A stretch of DNA of 59,215 nt, filler included, from Dimargaris cristalligena (Eukaryota), in assembly GCA_003614675.1 (NCBI GenBank). It is 6 parts of 6 records of this genome, joined end to end, with 100 filler letters (N's around TTAATTAATTAA, not from the genome) between each part and the next. Parts side by side here need not be neighbours in the genome. Positions count along the whole stretch, not along the records: positions 1 to 9,806 come from ML003229.1; positions 9,907 to 19,702 come from ML003230.1; 4 more parts are not named here. One strand, 5' to 3'. Shown here piece by piece: positions 1 through 11,910 of the stretch (positions are counted from its first letter, which is position 1; every line of letters starts with the position of its first letter). Below the pieces are notes generated by a model. That model was not told the DNA's origin, made no database searches, and saw only the letters and a program-made list of their open reading frames with translations. A program made the position numbers and the translations under genes.

Positions 1-1164
1 CCAATTCTTTAACTAATCACCTAAATATGGATGGTGGTTTTCAATTAAAAGAGTAAAAATAAATAGGACAATGTCAAATACTACTATAGCCATTTGGCTA
101 TATCACAACAAAATATTTTAAAGAGATATAAATTTATTGGCTTAATATTTAAATACTGCAGGAAGTATTAGGATTCATTTTTAGGACCTTTATCCATACC
201 TTTAATCTACGGGCAAAGCCATTTGGGATTCAGACATTCCTTAGATGTAAAGGTGGCTTCCCAGCTGCTCCTTATTACCCACCGATCATTTTTAATATCG
301 GCGCTATTGATTATAACACCACTCCAACCAACAAACCAGGCCGATAAATACCAAACCATGGGCACAGTTTGGCTTAATTGTCTCAAATTTTGAATGGTGC
401 CAATTGGAGTAAATTGATAAGATTTTAGGGTTGTATTGGGGGTTGAATTTGTCCGAAGTTGTTTGTTTGATTACGAAATGCAGGGCAGCTCGCTTAATTA
501 TGCGGGGCTGCTGCATGGCCCCAATCAGCTATTATATTATTGAAATTTCTTACAAACATTCAACCACTATAGAACTATTTTATGGTCGACAGTATATAAT
601 ACTGAAGGCCAGGCATATAGTAAGGGCGTGAATGTATGTTAATTGAAAACTAGACCATCGAGTTGATTAAAATGGTATACAGTCACTGGAGTTTCTCACT
701 GAATTCCAACCCAAACTCGAGAGAATAAACCGATAAATGCACAAATAATGGCTGAAACAGTCACTGGCTCACATTTCGTGCCAGATAAAATAAATTATAA
801 CTTTAGTAGTATTTATTGGGCTTACGGAAGCAAGGAACCCAGAGGTTCAAAAGTAATATACTGCGAAAATTATACTCTAAGAAAAGTAGGAAATTAAGGG
901 GTGATCGGGTACAACTAGTCAGGCAAATCCTTGGTTTATAAAGAAATAAGGCAAGCCTACTAGTATAGTAGAGGTACTGTATATTAAAATTGTAAGTGTG
1001 GTCATTGGTCCAGAGGTTCTTACTGAATGATTGGCTTTCAAAAGCAGATATTCAGCAATAGTCATTTCTGCAACGTTTCTGAATTGAAGACATTTATTCC
1101 AATACAATTAGGCCTTTGCAAAAAGGTAAAAAATATATAATAAATAAGGAACCGCTCATAAAAA

Positions 1165-4100
1165 TCAGGCCGAGACAGTGGATGGATCCGGAGTAGGCCG
1201 AAGGGTTTGTTTAGCCCGGGAAAGCACCGTATTAACCCGCTCACGGATACTGTCACTGGTCGCCGTCACTTGCAAATCCTTGAGGCTAATAATGGCCAAG
1301 TCATCGTCGATTTTTACCTGCAACGACACGACAGTCTCATCACCTATTGTCGGCGTGGGTGGTTGGTCATCCACAGAGGTGTCCTCATCCATACGCTTGT
1401 CGGCCTCGTCCGCGGTTTCGGACAAAGGGGCGTCAGTAACGGTGGTGTCTTTCTCAGCGACGGCTGATTGGCTTGCTGTCGTCTCTTGAGCGGCTTCTTG
1501 GGGACCAGGTGCCTCTACAACTTGCCCCTCCTCCTTTTGTTCCAGGCACTCCGCCATCCGTAGCGTAGCTGATTGGTCAAGGGTCACAATCGGGCCGAAT
1601 TGGTTTTTCAGGGCCTCGACCACTGTGTTAATTTGATCAGGGGTAAATCGGGAAGCGTACTGGTGGTTGTGGGAGGGTTTGGTGGTAGGCGACGGGGCCT
1701 TGGGACTGCTACTTCCGTGACTATGGCCGCATTCCGATTTGGTCATCTTCACCGAGGCGGGACTGGACTCGACGTTCAGGATAATGGCCAGAATAGAGTC
1801 GGCTACCATATCATTGACATAGTTGCCGATCCATTCCAATTCTACAACCCCGAGTTCCGGTTTGTGGACTACATCGACGGTGTTATAGACACGCAGTACT
1901 AAACTAGAGGTATCAGCCGAAGGGGAGGGCCCGGAGGGGGTGCCAAACTCGGTTTCGGTTTCGGTCTCGGCCTTGGCCTTGACATTGCAACTGGCCTCAA
2001 ACTGGTGGAATTGGGCGCTGGGATCAAATTGATGGGTACCCTCTATCCGGTTCGGGGGGTTCATTTGCACCGAGATCTTTTCCACGACGCCGAACATTTG
2101 CTCCAGGTGGTATTTCAAAAGGGAATGAGTGGCGTTATAGGAGACTACCTGGCGTTGCAGAATTTCGGAGGTACTGAGACCGGTGAATTCATTGAGATGG
2201 GCCTCATCGACGATACGGTATTCGTAGTCCTTGACCACCAGGATGCCGTCTACGTGAAGGGTGGCAGGGGGTTGATCAGCATCGCTATTCTCGGTATTTT
2301 TAGCCCGCTTGGCCGCCGCGGGACCATCGGCCTCGGGATCCGCGTCGTCTGAATCCGTCGCGGTGAGAAGTAACTGCTCCTGGTGTCGGAGAAAATCCAC
2401 GGTTTGCTGGGCTAAGCCACCCACCATTCTGGACACCTTTTCGGCCTTGAAATAGATTTCTACCGTCTCACAGTTCTGTGGGGTATAGATCTTAGTCTTC
2501 ATATCATTTTCGGTAAAATGGTCCTGGAGCGCCGCCCGCAAGCGACCCATGTTGTTGGTTTCGCCGTGGACCAGGAGCACATGGGGGGCATTGACTTCGT
2601 AAATAAACTCGCTGTTTTGGGTGTAGTCGACATGGGCCGAAAAGGAGATGGAGCCAATGCTCATGCGCATCGGGAGCGTACCACCATTGACGGATTCGAT
2701 TTCATCGGGCTCGTTTAGGATACGACGGGCCAGGGTCCCTTCGACGGAATAGCCGGTAATGATGACACCATTCCGCTTATCAGGGCACCACCGCTCAAAC
2801 AACTGACGAGACAGGCCATTCTAGGTAGGGGGGGATGGGCATTATCCGGAGTAATAAAAGGTGAGTAAGGGTTAGGATAGGTCTAGCATGGTAGAATAAT
2901 CACTCGAATTACCTAGCGGGTATGTTAAGTGATCCCCCGGGAAGTGCATATATGAAGACCGGAAGTTGAACGGAAATGTAATCGCGACTCTTACCTGTAA
3001 CATCCCTGGACTGGCCATCATGACACACGGACCGGTGTCATCGAACCGCTGCAACCCGCGGAGATAGGAGATGTGCTTAAAGATAAATGGATTGGAAATT
3101 GCGAACTGGCGCCGGATATGGTCGTTCATCATATTGATGTAGGTTTGGTAGATGGCCATACATTTCTTGGCCAAGGACGAGGCATAGTAAATAGGGATGG
3201 ACTTCAGATCATCGTGGGACTCCCAGTACTCCTCCAGAATTAGGAGCAATTCCTGGGCTCGGCCCAGCGCAAAGACCGGGATAAGACAACGCCCCCCTCG
3301 CTGGACGACCTGGTGGGTTAAGGCGGTGAAGCGGGCCTCGCGCTCCACCCGGGGTTCGTGACTTTGGACGCCGTACGTGGATTCGCAAATGAGTAGGTCG
3401 ATGGGTACATTGGGATTCTCGGCGGCCATCAAGTGCCGATCTTCTTCCCGGGAATAATCGCCCGTGTAGAGGATTTTTATATCGGCGATCTCGATGAGGA
3501 ACATGGCGGCCCCCAGGACATGGCCGGCGTTGAATGCCGTAAAGCGGATCCCGTCCACCTCCACCACTTCATGGTAGTCGATGGCCTCGATGCGCTCGAA
3601 GCTCTTTCGCATGTTTTCTTCCTCGTACAGCTGGTTTTCACCGGAGGCACTGCTTACACGCACGTAGTCACCCAGCAACCAGCGGTAAATGGCCTTGGTG
3701 GGATGGGTCATGAAGGTACGCCCCTGGAAGGTGGTCTTTTCCATAAAGTAGGGGACGGCCGCCGCATGGTCCAAGTGAAAATGGCTCACCAGGAGTAGGT
3801 CAATCTCGGCGGGATCGATCATATCAAAGAACGGTAGGGCGCCGATGCCCGTGAAAGCCGGATGGACCCCAGCATCGAGCTAGTGGTAGTGGTAGTGGAA
3901 GTGAAGTAAAAGTGGAAGTAGGACAATACATGGGTGCCGAATCAATTAGTCGACGGGGCTGGCTAGGGGATTATAGGGAGGAGCGGGGTTGCTGGAAAGT
4001 AGCACGCTCGCCCTGGGAGTGGGCGGCGAAGCTGAACGAGCTACGACGAGTTCCGGGGCTATATTTGAAACGTACCATGATCTTTTTACCCTTGAATTCG

Positions 4101-4210
4101 ATCACGATGCATGACCGGCCTACTTCATTGCCAGCGCCCAATGGGGTGATGCGCAGCACGTCGGACTGGCCACGGATCGGATGCTCATAGGGTTTCCGCT
4201 TATATGCCAT
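1165..4210 (-). CDS. YSH1: Cleavage and polyadenylation endonuclease CPSF73/Ysh1 (metallo-beta-lactamase/beta-CASP), 3 exons
   Basis: Exons 4210-4076, 3879-2995 and 2820-1165 join in frame through GT-AG introns. Motifs: [60 protein letters not shown]. Confidence 0.96.
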
Positions 4211-5898
4211 ACTAAAAGATTATGCACTGGTTGGGATAAAAAATACAATTTATTAGAGAATTGAAAAGGAGAGTATTGGCAATTAAACGCTTAGACAATA
4301 GAGGAAAAGGCAATGGAAGCTGGAATGGAGTGGAATAAACTGGGCGAATGCAAAACAAGTTAATGGAGAAAAGACGCGGAAGATTGGTGGCCAAGTGGAA
4401 TCGCCTACTGAGAAGGGACGGAGCTCACTGTAGGGCTCCGCATGATATATGAAATTCAGGGTTTGGGAATAGCTCTGAGGGTTTGAGTTCCTCCTTTCCA
4501 GCGGGATGAGGGGCTAATTATTATTGACACTGCTAGGGTACCAATTTATTCTAAGGGGGGGACGATAATAAGCCTTAAGATATTAGGAGTGCGCAATAAT
4601 GAATGGGTAATAGAATAATCCACTGATTTTAAGCAGATCCAAGCAATGGCGAAACTAGTCCACCTCTGAAAAGGGCCATTAAGAAGGACTATTCGTTGTA
4701 TTGGCCCCCTTATTCATTCAAAATCATCCAGCGCAGTTGCTGAGGCTCCATGCTGGCCATGAATGGGGCGGCACAGGCCACATAGTGCTTCAGAGCCACA
4801 AGTATAGTTTTTAGGTGATTTCTATGTTAATACATCAGTATAATAAGCGGAAGAAGTACAGCGAATGAGGTGTTCTAAATATAAAATAGTAAACTGGCCT
4901 TGCTACACTCTTCTACACGGGAATCCCCAGGAAAATCCACTGGATTCCCTCGATTCGGCACATCGGGGTAGAATAATTATAAAAATAAATGGGATCGCTA
5001 GAGTGGAGTGTACGGGAAGCCCCTCCCCCCTTGTATAGCGCCTGTATAGTTTAGTTAGTGAGTGGTGGCGAGTCAGGGTGAATGCCGCCTGGTATAGGCT
5101 TGTCCGTCACAAGGTGGGGGGGTGTTATATTACTTCATTCCTTCGGGTACATTCGGTGCATGGAAGTAGAAGACCTACGAGGGACTGGAATATCTGCAGC
5201 GCGATGACTCATGGGTAGCCTGCCGCTATTGTCTGTGTGGAGCGACTCGCAAACCCCCCTGGAAGTCGATGCCATCTACTCTATTCCTTTGGTTACTAAG
5301 AGCCATGCACCACCACCTTTGGGCTGCACAGCTTAGGGCTGGTAGACCACTGCTACTACTCTCACATGCATCAAAAATACTTCCTTATCAGTTGGACTGC
5401 ATGTCCTGCCTGGTATGCTTTCATGACCAAGTGTGAACAGAGAGAGATTAACCGAGACACCAGCCGCCTAACTGAGCTGCACGGTGATTGTTTCCCTTAT
5501 ATAATGACAGTGTACGAAGAGAAGAGAAGGGAAGGGAGGGGGAATGAATGGGAGAAGAATAAGCCAAGGCAAGAAATACCTCCCGCCGCGCCGCGCTTCA
5601 ATGAGTGATTAAAGGCAAGGTTTCAGCCTGCTTCCGCTCCCCTTCTTTACTCTTTTATCCCTCCTTCTCATTGACTTGGGTTTTTACCGCCCTCTTCCTA
5701 TACTACTTTTCCCGAATTGCACAAAGTTCATTCGCCTCCCTTCCTTCCTCTATCCATTCCCTACCGTCTAAGTTTCTCTTACTAATAAATAAATACCTAT
5801 CTCTATATCTATATATTTCCCGGGTTCTTCAGCAGCGCCCATTGCTCCGTTTGTCCAGTTATTTTACCCGAGCTCACCCCTCGTTTCACCCAGCCACC

Positions 5899-6717
5899 AT
5901 GGACCACCGCCCATTCACCCCGGATGCCGTGCTTAGTTTCGTCTTCTTCCACTGGCCTCTCCGTACCACTGGTCAACTGGTGCTTGGCTGCTTGGCCGTG
6001 GCCGCCCTCAGCATGGTCGAGCGATTAGGCTCTCGCCTCCTTTACACCCTGATGCCTAGGTAGGTGAACCACAACAATATCCATAGGGTCCTCTTCCCAT
6101 AGTCCAGGGCCGTATCCAGTTGGAGGAATAGCTTACATACAAAGAAGGAAGGCAGGTGGGGAGGACCTTTCCATTTCCACTGGACCAGTGCCTGCTGCTG
6201 CCCCTTGAAGAGCCCGGCCCTTAAATGACCCGGCCCCCCCTCTCCTTGGGTGTGTGCGAAAAAAGGGGGGGGGGGCTTCAAGCCATAGAGCTTGCTGTCC
6301 ATTGATTTGGCACAAGGCAGTCACCCCCATCTTCATTTTAATTAGTCCCCATCCTCGGCTTTTCTGTAAAAGCATGGTGTGGACTATGGGTGCATCGTTT
6401 ATCTGATATTCATGCTGGACCTATCTGATATTTCTGCTGGTGGTATTGCTGACACCAATAGATCCGAGTCCGTTTATTCCCGCTCAGCCCTGAAGACGGC
6501 CATTTACGCCCTCATCACCATCGTCCGCTACATTATCATGCTGGCCATTATGACGGGAAGCCGCGCCATTTTCTGCACCGTCATTCTCAGTCTAGCCACC
6601 GCCCAGTTCGTTTGCGAGGTTCGTGAGGCCCAAACTGCTTCATCCGGCTATATCAACCTTGAAAATTCACCCACCAAACCCGCTCCACGTCCTTTACCCC
6701 ACGACTGCGCCATGTAA
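5899..6717 (+). CDS. Ctr-family copper transporter (~138 aa, 2 exons)
   Basis: Exon 5899-6059, intron gtaggt...gctgac...tag, exon 6462-6717. Contains FFHW followed by a TM1, then YIIMLAIMT (MxxxM motif) in TM2 and a hydrophobic TM3. Confidence 0.75.
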
Positions 6718-7219
6718 TCACCCGTCCCACCGCTTACCCTGCCTCTACACCGTCTAGCCGGCCCCTAGCCCACCACCTCCCAACGCCAGTCTACTCGTGG
6801 CCTGCTTCCAGGGGCATAGAGACTGGCTCATTCGGTCTTTTTATATTTATCTCTACTTATGTACTATTATATGTTTACAACCTCCCAAATAGTTTATTTT
6901 TACTGGCCCCATTATATACCTCTGAGTCACTCCTCTCTTCGTTTAGTTGAGTCACCACTGTCTGTATTAAACGATGCTGCCTTTCGATAAAATTCAGAGT
7001 AGTAAGGGGTCATTTGGACCATATCTATATCCCAAATACTGCTTGACTATACTACACATTCAATTCAAATCGACTCCCGAAGCTGGTGTATATTTCTGCT
7101 CACCGACTTTAACCTCATGGGCAAGGTAATTTCTTACTCCGAGTATTTATTGCTTCATTTTAAGGACCATAGGCGAACGAACGAGTTACAGAAGAAACTT
7201 GACTAATTAATGTAGTCAT

Positions 7220-8212
7220 CTACTCCGACTCCTGGGCAAGGAGGCCAGTTTTAAACCAGCGGTCCCAGATGTTCCGTACAAACTCCTCGATACGTGGCGC
7301 CTCTTCCTTGACCATTGTTTTAAACTGCGCACGGGGCATCGTGGCTGAGAGCACGGGAAACATATAGGCAAAGAGCGTCGCATCCAGTAGAGATGGCTGG
7401 AGGGCCGAGGCTGGGTCAGTGGTGGCCGATTTGGTGAAGAAGTAGGGATTGTGGTGGTCGCCCAAGTGATCCGCCAACGCCTGGAGTACCGTTAGTGCTG
7501 AGCGGTAAATCTCCTCGGGTTGGACTAAGCCACGGTGCGAAAAATGAGCGGCCACTTGCCGGGTTTTTTGGCATTGCTGAAGCCAGGGTTCAATGTGATT
7601 CACCGGCCAGGGGTAGTGCCCTCCGTAAGCGTAGCGGGTCTGTTCGCGGAAATTAGCCGGCTCACACCAGAAATAGTAACGCACGGCCACATCGACCTGG
7701 TTTTCGAGCAGGGCCAGAAGGGCCCGCTGACGGGCGGCGTCTGGGTCACTACTAGGTGAATCGGTTGGTTTACCACTGGCATCCGTGGTCTGGCTGTCCG
7801 CCGGAGTGGAGGTGGAGGCGGCTGACGTCAGGGTCCGGTCGAGCGCGGGCAGGCACTGGTCGTAGTGGGTGCGTAAATAGTCTAAAATGTCCTCGTCGGC
7901 GATACACTGCCGGTCGGCGGTGAGCAAATAGGGAAGCCGGCCGTTGGGGGCTTTGAGGGGTTCATTACAGTACACGGTGCGGAACTCCAGGCCCAAGAAG
8001 GTCAAGTAGGCCAGCCAGCGTAGGGACGGCGGATCGAACGAGGTGACATCGTCTTGGAACCCCGGACCATAGCAATACAGGACGAGACCGTTCGACGACT
8101 CTTGGTCGGCCTTGGTGGATGTGCCTTGGGGAATCGGGAAGGTCTTGAGGGGGAAGGAAGTGGCCGCTAGCTGATTAAGCAGACTGCGAATGGGCGAAAG
8201 AGGGGAGGCCAT
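7220..8212 (-). CDS. Metaxin/Sam35-like mitochondrial outer-membrane protein (GST-like fold)
   Basis: Likely ATG at 8212 (MASPLSP). Motifs SFDPPSLRWLAYL, APNGRLPYL, LQALADHLG...YFF and PSLLDATLFAY are typical of the metaxin family. Confidence 0.82.
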   Translation of the reverse strand: MASPLSPIRSLLNQLAATSFPLKTFPIPQGTSTKADQESSNGLVLYCYGPGFQDDVTSFDPPSLRWLAYLTFLGLEFRTVYCNEPLKAPNGRLPYLLTADRQCIADEDILDYLRTHYDQCLPALDRTLTSAASTSTPADSQTTDASGKPTDSPSSDPDAARQRALLALLENQVDVAVRYYFWCEPANFREQTRYAYGGHYPWPVNHIEPWLQQCQKTRQVAAHFSHRGLVQPEEIYRSALTVLQALADHLGDHHNPYFFTKSATTDPASALQPSLLDATLFAYMFPVLSATMPRAQFKTMVKEEAPRIEEFVRNIWDRWFKTGLLAQESE

Positions 8213-8848
8213 GGTGGGAAATACACTAAATAAGCGTGGATTACGAAAGGCAATGCATGAAGAGTTTCGCACAGCCCAGGCCCAACTTTACTTAAGGGGA
8301 ATAGCGGATGGTTCTGTGGGTAAATGGACCAGGGGTTTTGTACAGCTAAGTTGGTGGGGTGTCTTGCCCGCCACGGCCCGTCTACACGGAGGTATTCTCC
8401 TCCGGTCCGTCGCTATTCAACTTTATACTGTCAGAGCGGTTTAATTGTTCTTTGGGATACCCTTTCTCCTGAGACCATAAGGTTATGTGGTGTGGTCTAT
8501 TGCATACCCCGTGAATTATTTCTGGGGCGCCCACACGGCCCTGTTGAACCCTTTTCCCTTCAGCTGACCAAGTGGTGTCGCTAATTTTTAAACCGGCCGA
8601 CCTCATTCGGCCCTTCCCTGTTTTCTCTATTAGCTTTCCTATAGTCTTTTATTTTTACGCAAAGGTGCTTTCTATTGCCACGCCACGCCATTCCTTCCCG
8701 GCCGGCCACCCATCGCTTCGGCGCATCGTTTCCTCAGGTTTATACGCACCAACTACCTCTACTTTAACCGAGTCGTCGGTACCAAACCACCAACTCCTCG
8801 ACCACCTGCCCAGCCTAGAACCCGCCTCGCAAGGCTACAGCCATAGCC

Positions 8849-9771
8849 ATGTGTATTGTATTTTGGTACACCTGCCAGGACGGTCCCTACAAACTGTAAG
8901 TTGAACAATGGCCTGAGTTGGATAATCTGACACCTGCCTTATATATATATATCTATATATCCAAACCAACCAATAAAATCCAATCTCACCAATGCCACTT
9001 CCGTACCCTCCCCCTCCTCCCAACATGCCATCCCCTGCAACCACACCATGCCAACCTCTAGGGTACTCGCCTCCAACCGCGATGAACACCTGGAACGCGT
9101 TACCAAACGGGCCGACTGGTGGGAATTTCCCCACTCGGATATTCTGGCTCCCCGGGACCTTCAGGCCAAAGTGAGCGGAACGTGGATAGGCATCAGTAAA
9201 CGGGGTCGGATTGCGACTCTGACCAATTCCCATGTCGAGGATACCGGAAATGGTCGCCCCATCGCCGGCAGCGGCGGGTCCAATAGCAACAGTCCGGGAA
9301 ACGCCAACGCTCCGTCGGCCATCGCTATTTCAACCAAGATTTCCCCTACCCGTCCCATCCACAAATTGAATTTATTAGGTTCCCCAGTGGCGGCGGCGGC
9401 GGGATCCCCTACGACTCCCGCAGCGACCCATATGTTGTCGTTGTCGTCCCCCCCTTCCCGCGGCATCCTAGTGCGCGATTTTCTGGAGGGGGTGGGGGAG
9501 TCGCCCCTAGCCTACCTACAGGGTATGGTCCAGCGTAGGGAAGCCCCCACCTACGCGGGGTTCAATCTGTTGGTGGGGGACCTATGTCAGCCCACTTTTG
9601 CCTTTCTCAGCAACCGGAGTTCCACCGAACCCAATGTGGTCCGGGCCACCCCCGTACATCAAGTACAAGCTGTATCCAACGGCGAGTTGAACGACCCCGA
9701 ATGGCCACGCGTGCAGCGCGGTTCCTTAATATTCGCCGAAGTCATTCAAGCCGCCATCGCCACCGAGCCGA

Positions 9772-9806
<35 letters not shown>
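8849..9806 (+). CDS. TANGO2: TANGO2/NRDE-family protein, 3' end lost at assembly gap
   Basis: Exon 8849-8895 (MCIVFW...PYKL), gtaagt intron, exon from 9062 (VLASNRDE...RPT-like, GTWIGI...GRIATLTN, SRGILV, YAGFNLLVGD, VSN...WPRV). The ORF runs into a poly-C tract and the gap. Confidence 0.9.
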
Positions 9807-9906
9807 NNNNNNNNNNNNNNNNNNNNNNNNNNNNNNNNNNNNNNNNNNNNTTAATTAATTAANNNNNNNNNNNNNNNNNNNNNNNNNNNNNNNNNNNNNN
9901 NNNNNN
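9807..9906. other. Artificial contig spacer (N44-TTAATTAATTAA-N44)
   Basis: Identical 100-bp structure occurs five times in the window. The central linker has stops in all six frames. Confidence 0.97.
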
Positions 9907-9935
9907 ACTGATCCTCGAGTTATAAGTAAGAACTA

Positions 9936-9970
9936 TGAATACTGAATACTGAATATTGAATATTGAATAT
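9936..9970 (+). repeat. 7-bp tandem repeat (TGAATAY)x5
   Basis: tgaatac tgaatac tgaatat tgaatat tgaatat. Confidence 0.8.
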
Positions 9971-10287
9971 TGGAAAAACGGCCTAGCCATCGAATGGCTT
10001 ATAACTGGGTGGGAAAAGATGAAGACTGGTATTTGGTGATGTTCTTCATCTTCCTAAACTAAAAATAGTTTGGCCGGGATATACTATTAGAGATTAAGCA
10101 GGCCCGGCCACAACAAGGTATAGATGATGAAAATGATAAAAAGGGGATATGGGATTGCACTGCAGTCGATGAGAGGGCGGGAGAAATACATATATATATT
10201 TCTATATATACTCTATTTTTTATACAAGCATGATTAGGGTAGTAAACCCTCTACGGAAGCGGATACTAAAGGAGGTATATCTAATCC

Positions 10288-11280
10288 TCATAGAATTTCG
10301 AAACGCCATAGGTCAACCTCGATATCGACAGACTGTTTTTTGTGGAACTTGTACATTTGGGGAACGTCGAACTGCAGCTGAGCCAGAACCTGGCCCTTGG
10401 CCCCCCACGATTCAGCTTTTTTCATGATGAAATCCCGGGTGGATGATTTGTGCAGCGAGTAAACCGCCCCACGGGCCAAATGGATGGCGGTCTGCAGAAA
10501 GACCATATCAATGCCCCTGTTGCCCGGTTTCGTCCCAAAGGGCGGATTCATAAGAACGGTGTCGAACGCCTTATGGAATCGGGCCAGAGCGGCGGTGTTG
10601 GGTACCAGAGGCGAGGAAGAAGAAGAAATGGAGGAGGGGTCAGAGGGTGATGCTGGTGGGGGGCCCCCCGACTGGTCCGAGGGGAGGGCTAGGTTGACGA
10701 GAACGAAGTCCATGGCAATTTCAAACTCGTCCAGGTTGGTCTGGGCAATAGCGAGCGCGTCCGGGTCGATATCCAGGCCGCACAAGTACCCGGCCTCAAG
10801 CATACCAGCGGCTATACTAAGCATCCCGCAGCCGCAGCCTAGGTCGGCGACGGCCTGACCGCGGATATCACCGTAGGTGTTTTCGGCGGTGTAGATGATG
10901 CGAGCGGCGAGGTGGGCCGAAGTGGGATATTGCTCAAATTGTACTTTGGGCTGGTCTGGAGGATGCATTGGTATTCAATGGGACGGAAGGATACACAAGT
11001 CGGGGTGGTTTCAGATTAGGCGCATGCGTAAAAAGGGATTGTTTTTTGGATCATTAGATTAGTGGATTTGCGTAATTATGAGCCAGTACATTGGAAAAAC
11101 ATTCAATACCGGGAAATACTCAACGCCCGCTAAAGATATATTATTATTAACACTGCCGCTATCGCTGCTATTTCTCGAATTGGTTCAGATATATGGATCA
11201 ATGATAAGGAGGGGCTATTAAGCGGACTTACCAAATACTTCGACCTCTTGCAAATAGCTCTCAAGGGCCTTGAGTTTCAT
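10288..11280 (-). CDS. METTL5: METTL5-type 18S rRNA N6-adenosine methyltransferase, 2 exons
   Basis: Exon 11280-11232 (MKLKALESYLQEVEVF) plus exon 10955-10288. Motifs: PKVQFEQYPT, DLGCGCGML, MNPPFGTK, YSLHKSSTR, YKFHKKQSVDIEVD. Confidence 0.93.
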
Positions 11281-11910
11281 GGCTGCCGGCTATCTTTAAT
11301 ACTGGGCTAAGGACAATGACTGGGGGCAGATAGGGGCTGGATACGCTATTGGAAAGCCGTCGCAAGTGATATACTACGGGTGGAAGGACTAGTTGAGTTA
11401 TTTACGAATGGGGAACTTGTACCCTGAGCACCTTTAGAATCAAAACTAGTTGGACTGTGAATGGAAAGAACGCAATAGGTATTTCTTTGTCTTCTAGCTG
11501 TCTTCCAAATTCCAGGCCCAGGACCAGGTTTACCAAGGGCAAGGGAAGCTCAGCCTGGAAATAAGAGAAAGTCTTGAAAAAAAACCAGTGGGAAGGGAAA
11601 TCGTTCTTTATGGGAAAAAATTAGGCCCATCGGCTTTTTACAGTCTTACCAGTTGTACTGAGAGTCTTCAGTATGGAACGCCCGAACGCCAAGGAAGGGT
11701 TGACTTTATTCTGCAACGCCCCAGCAAGCAAATGGAGCTTCCTCTGCATTGCAAGCACTACACTAAAACACTCCCCCTATCCCTTTTTACGCTTTAGCCG
11801 TCTTGTTCCCCATTGCCCAATCGATTTTGTTTCTCAGTTTGTCTCTAGTACCCCTTTTACTATACCAACCCCCTACAACTAGCCCGAGAATCACACCCAC
11901 CCCACTCAAC

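Noticed and set aside
4919..4949. Small inverted repeat GGGAAT..CCAG/CTGG ATTCCC between YSH1 and Ctr
   Set aside because: It is short, imperfect and single-copy, so compatible with chance.
9773..9806. Poly-C tract read as poly-proline in TANGO2
   Set aside because: It is a homopolymer at a contig end, so its length is unreliable.
9851..9862. TTAATTAATTAA palindrome repeated five times inside N runs
   Set aside because: It is an assembly linker with six-frame stops, not a biological element.
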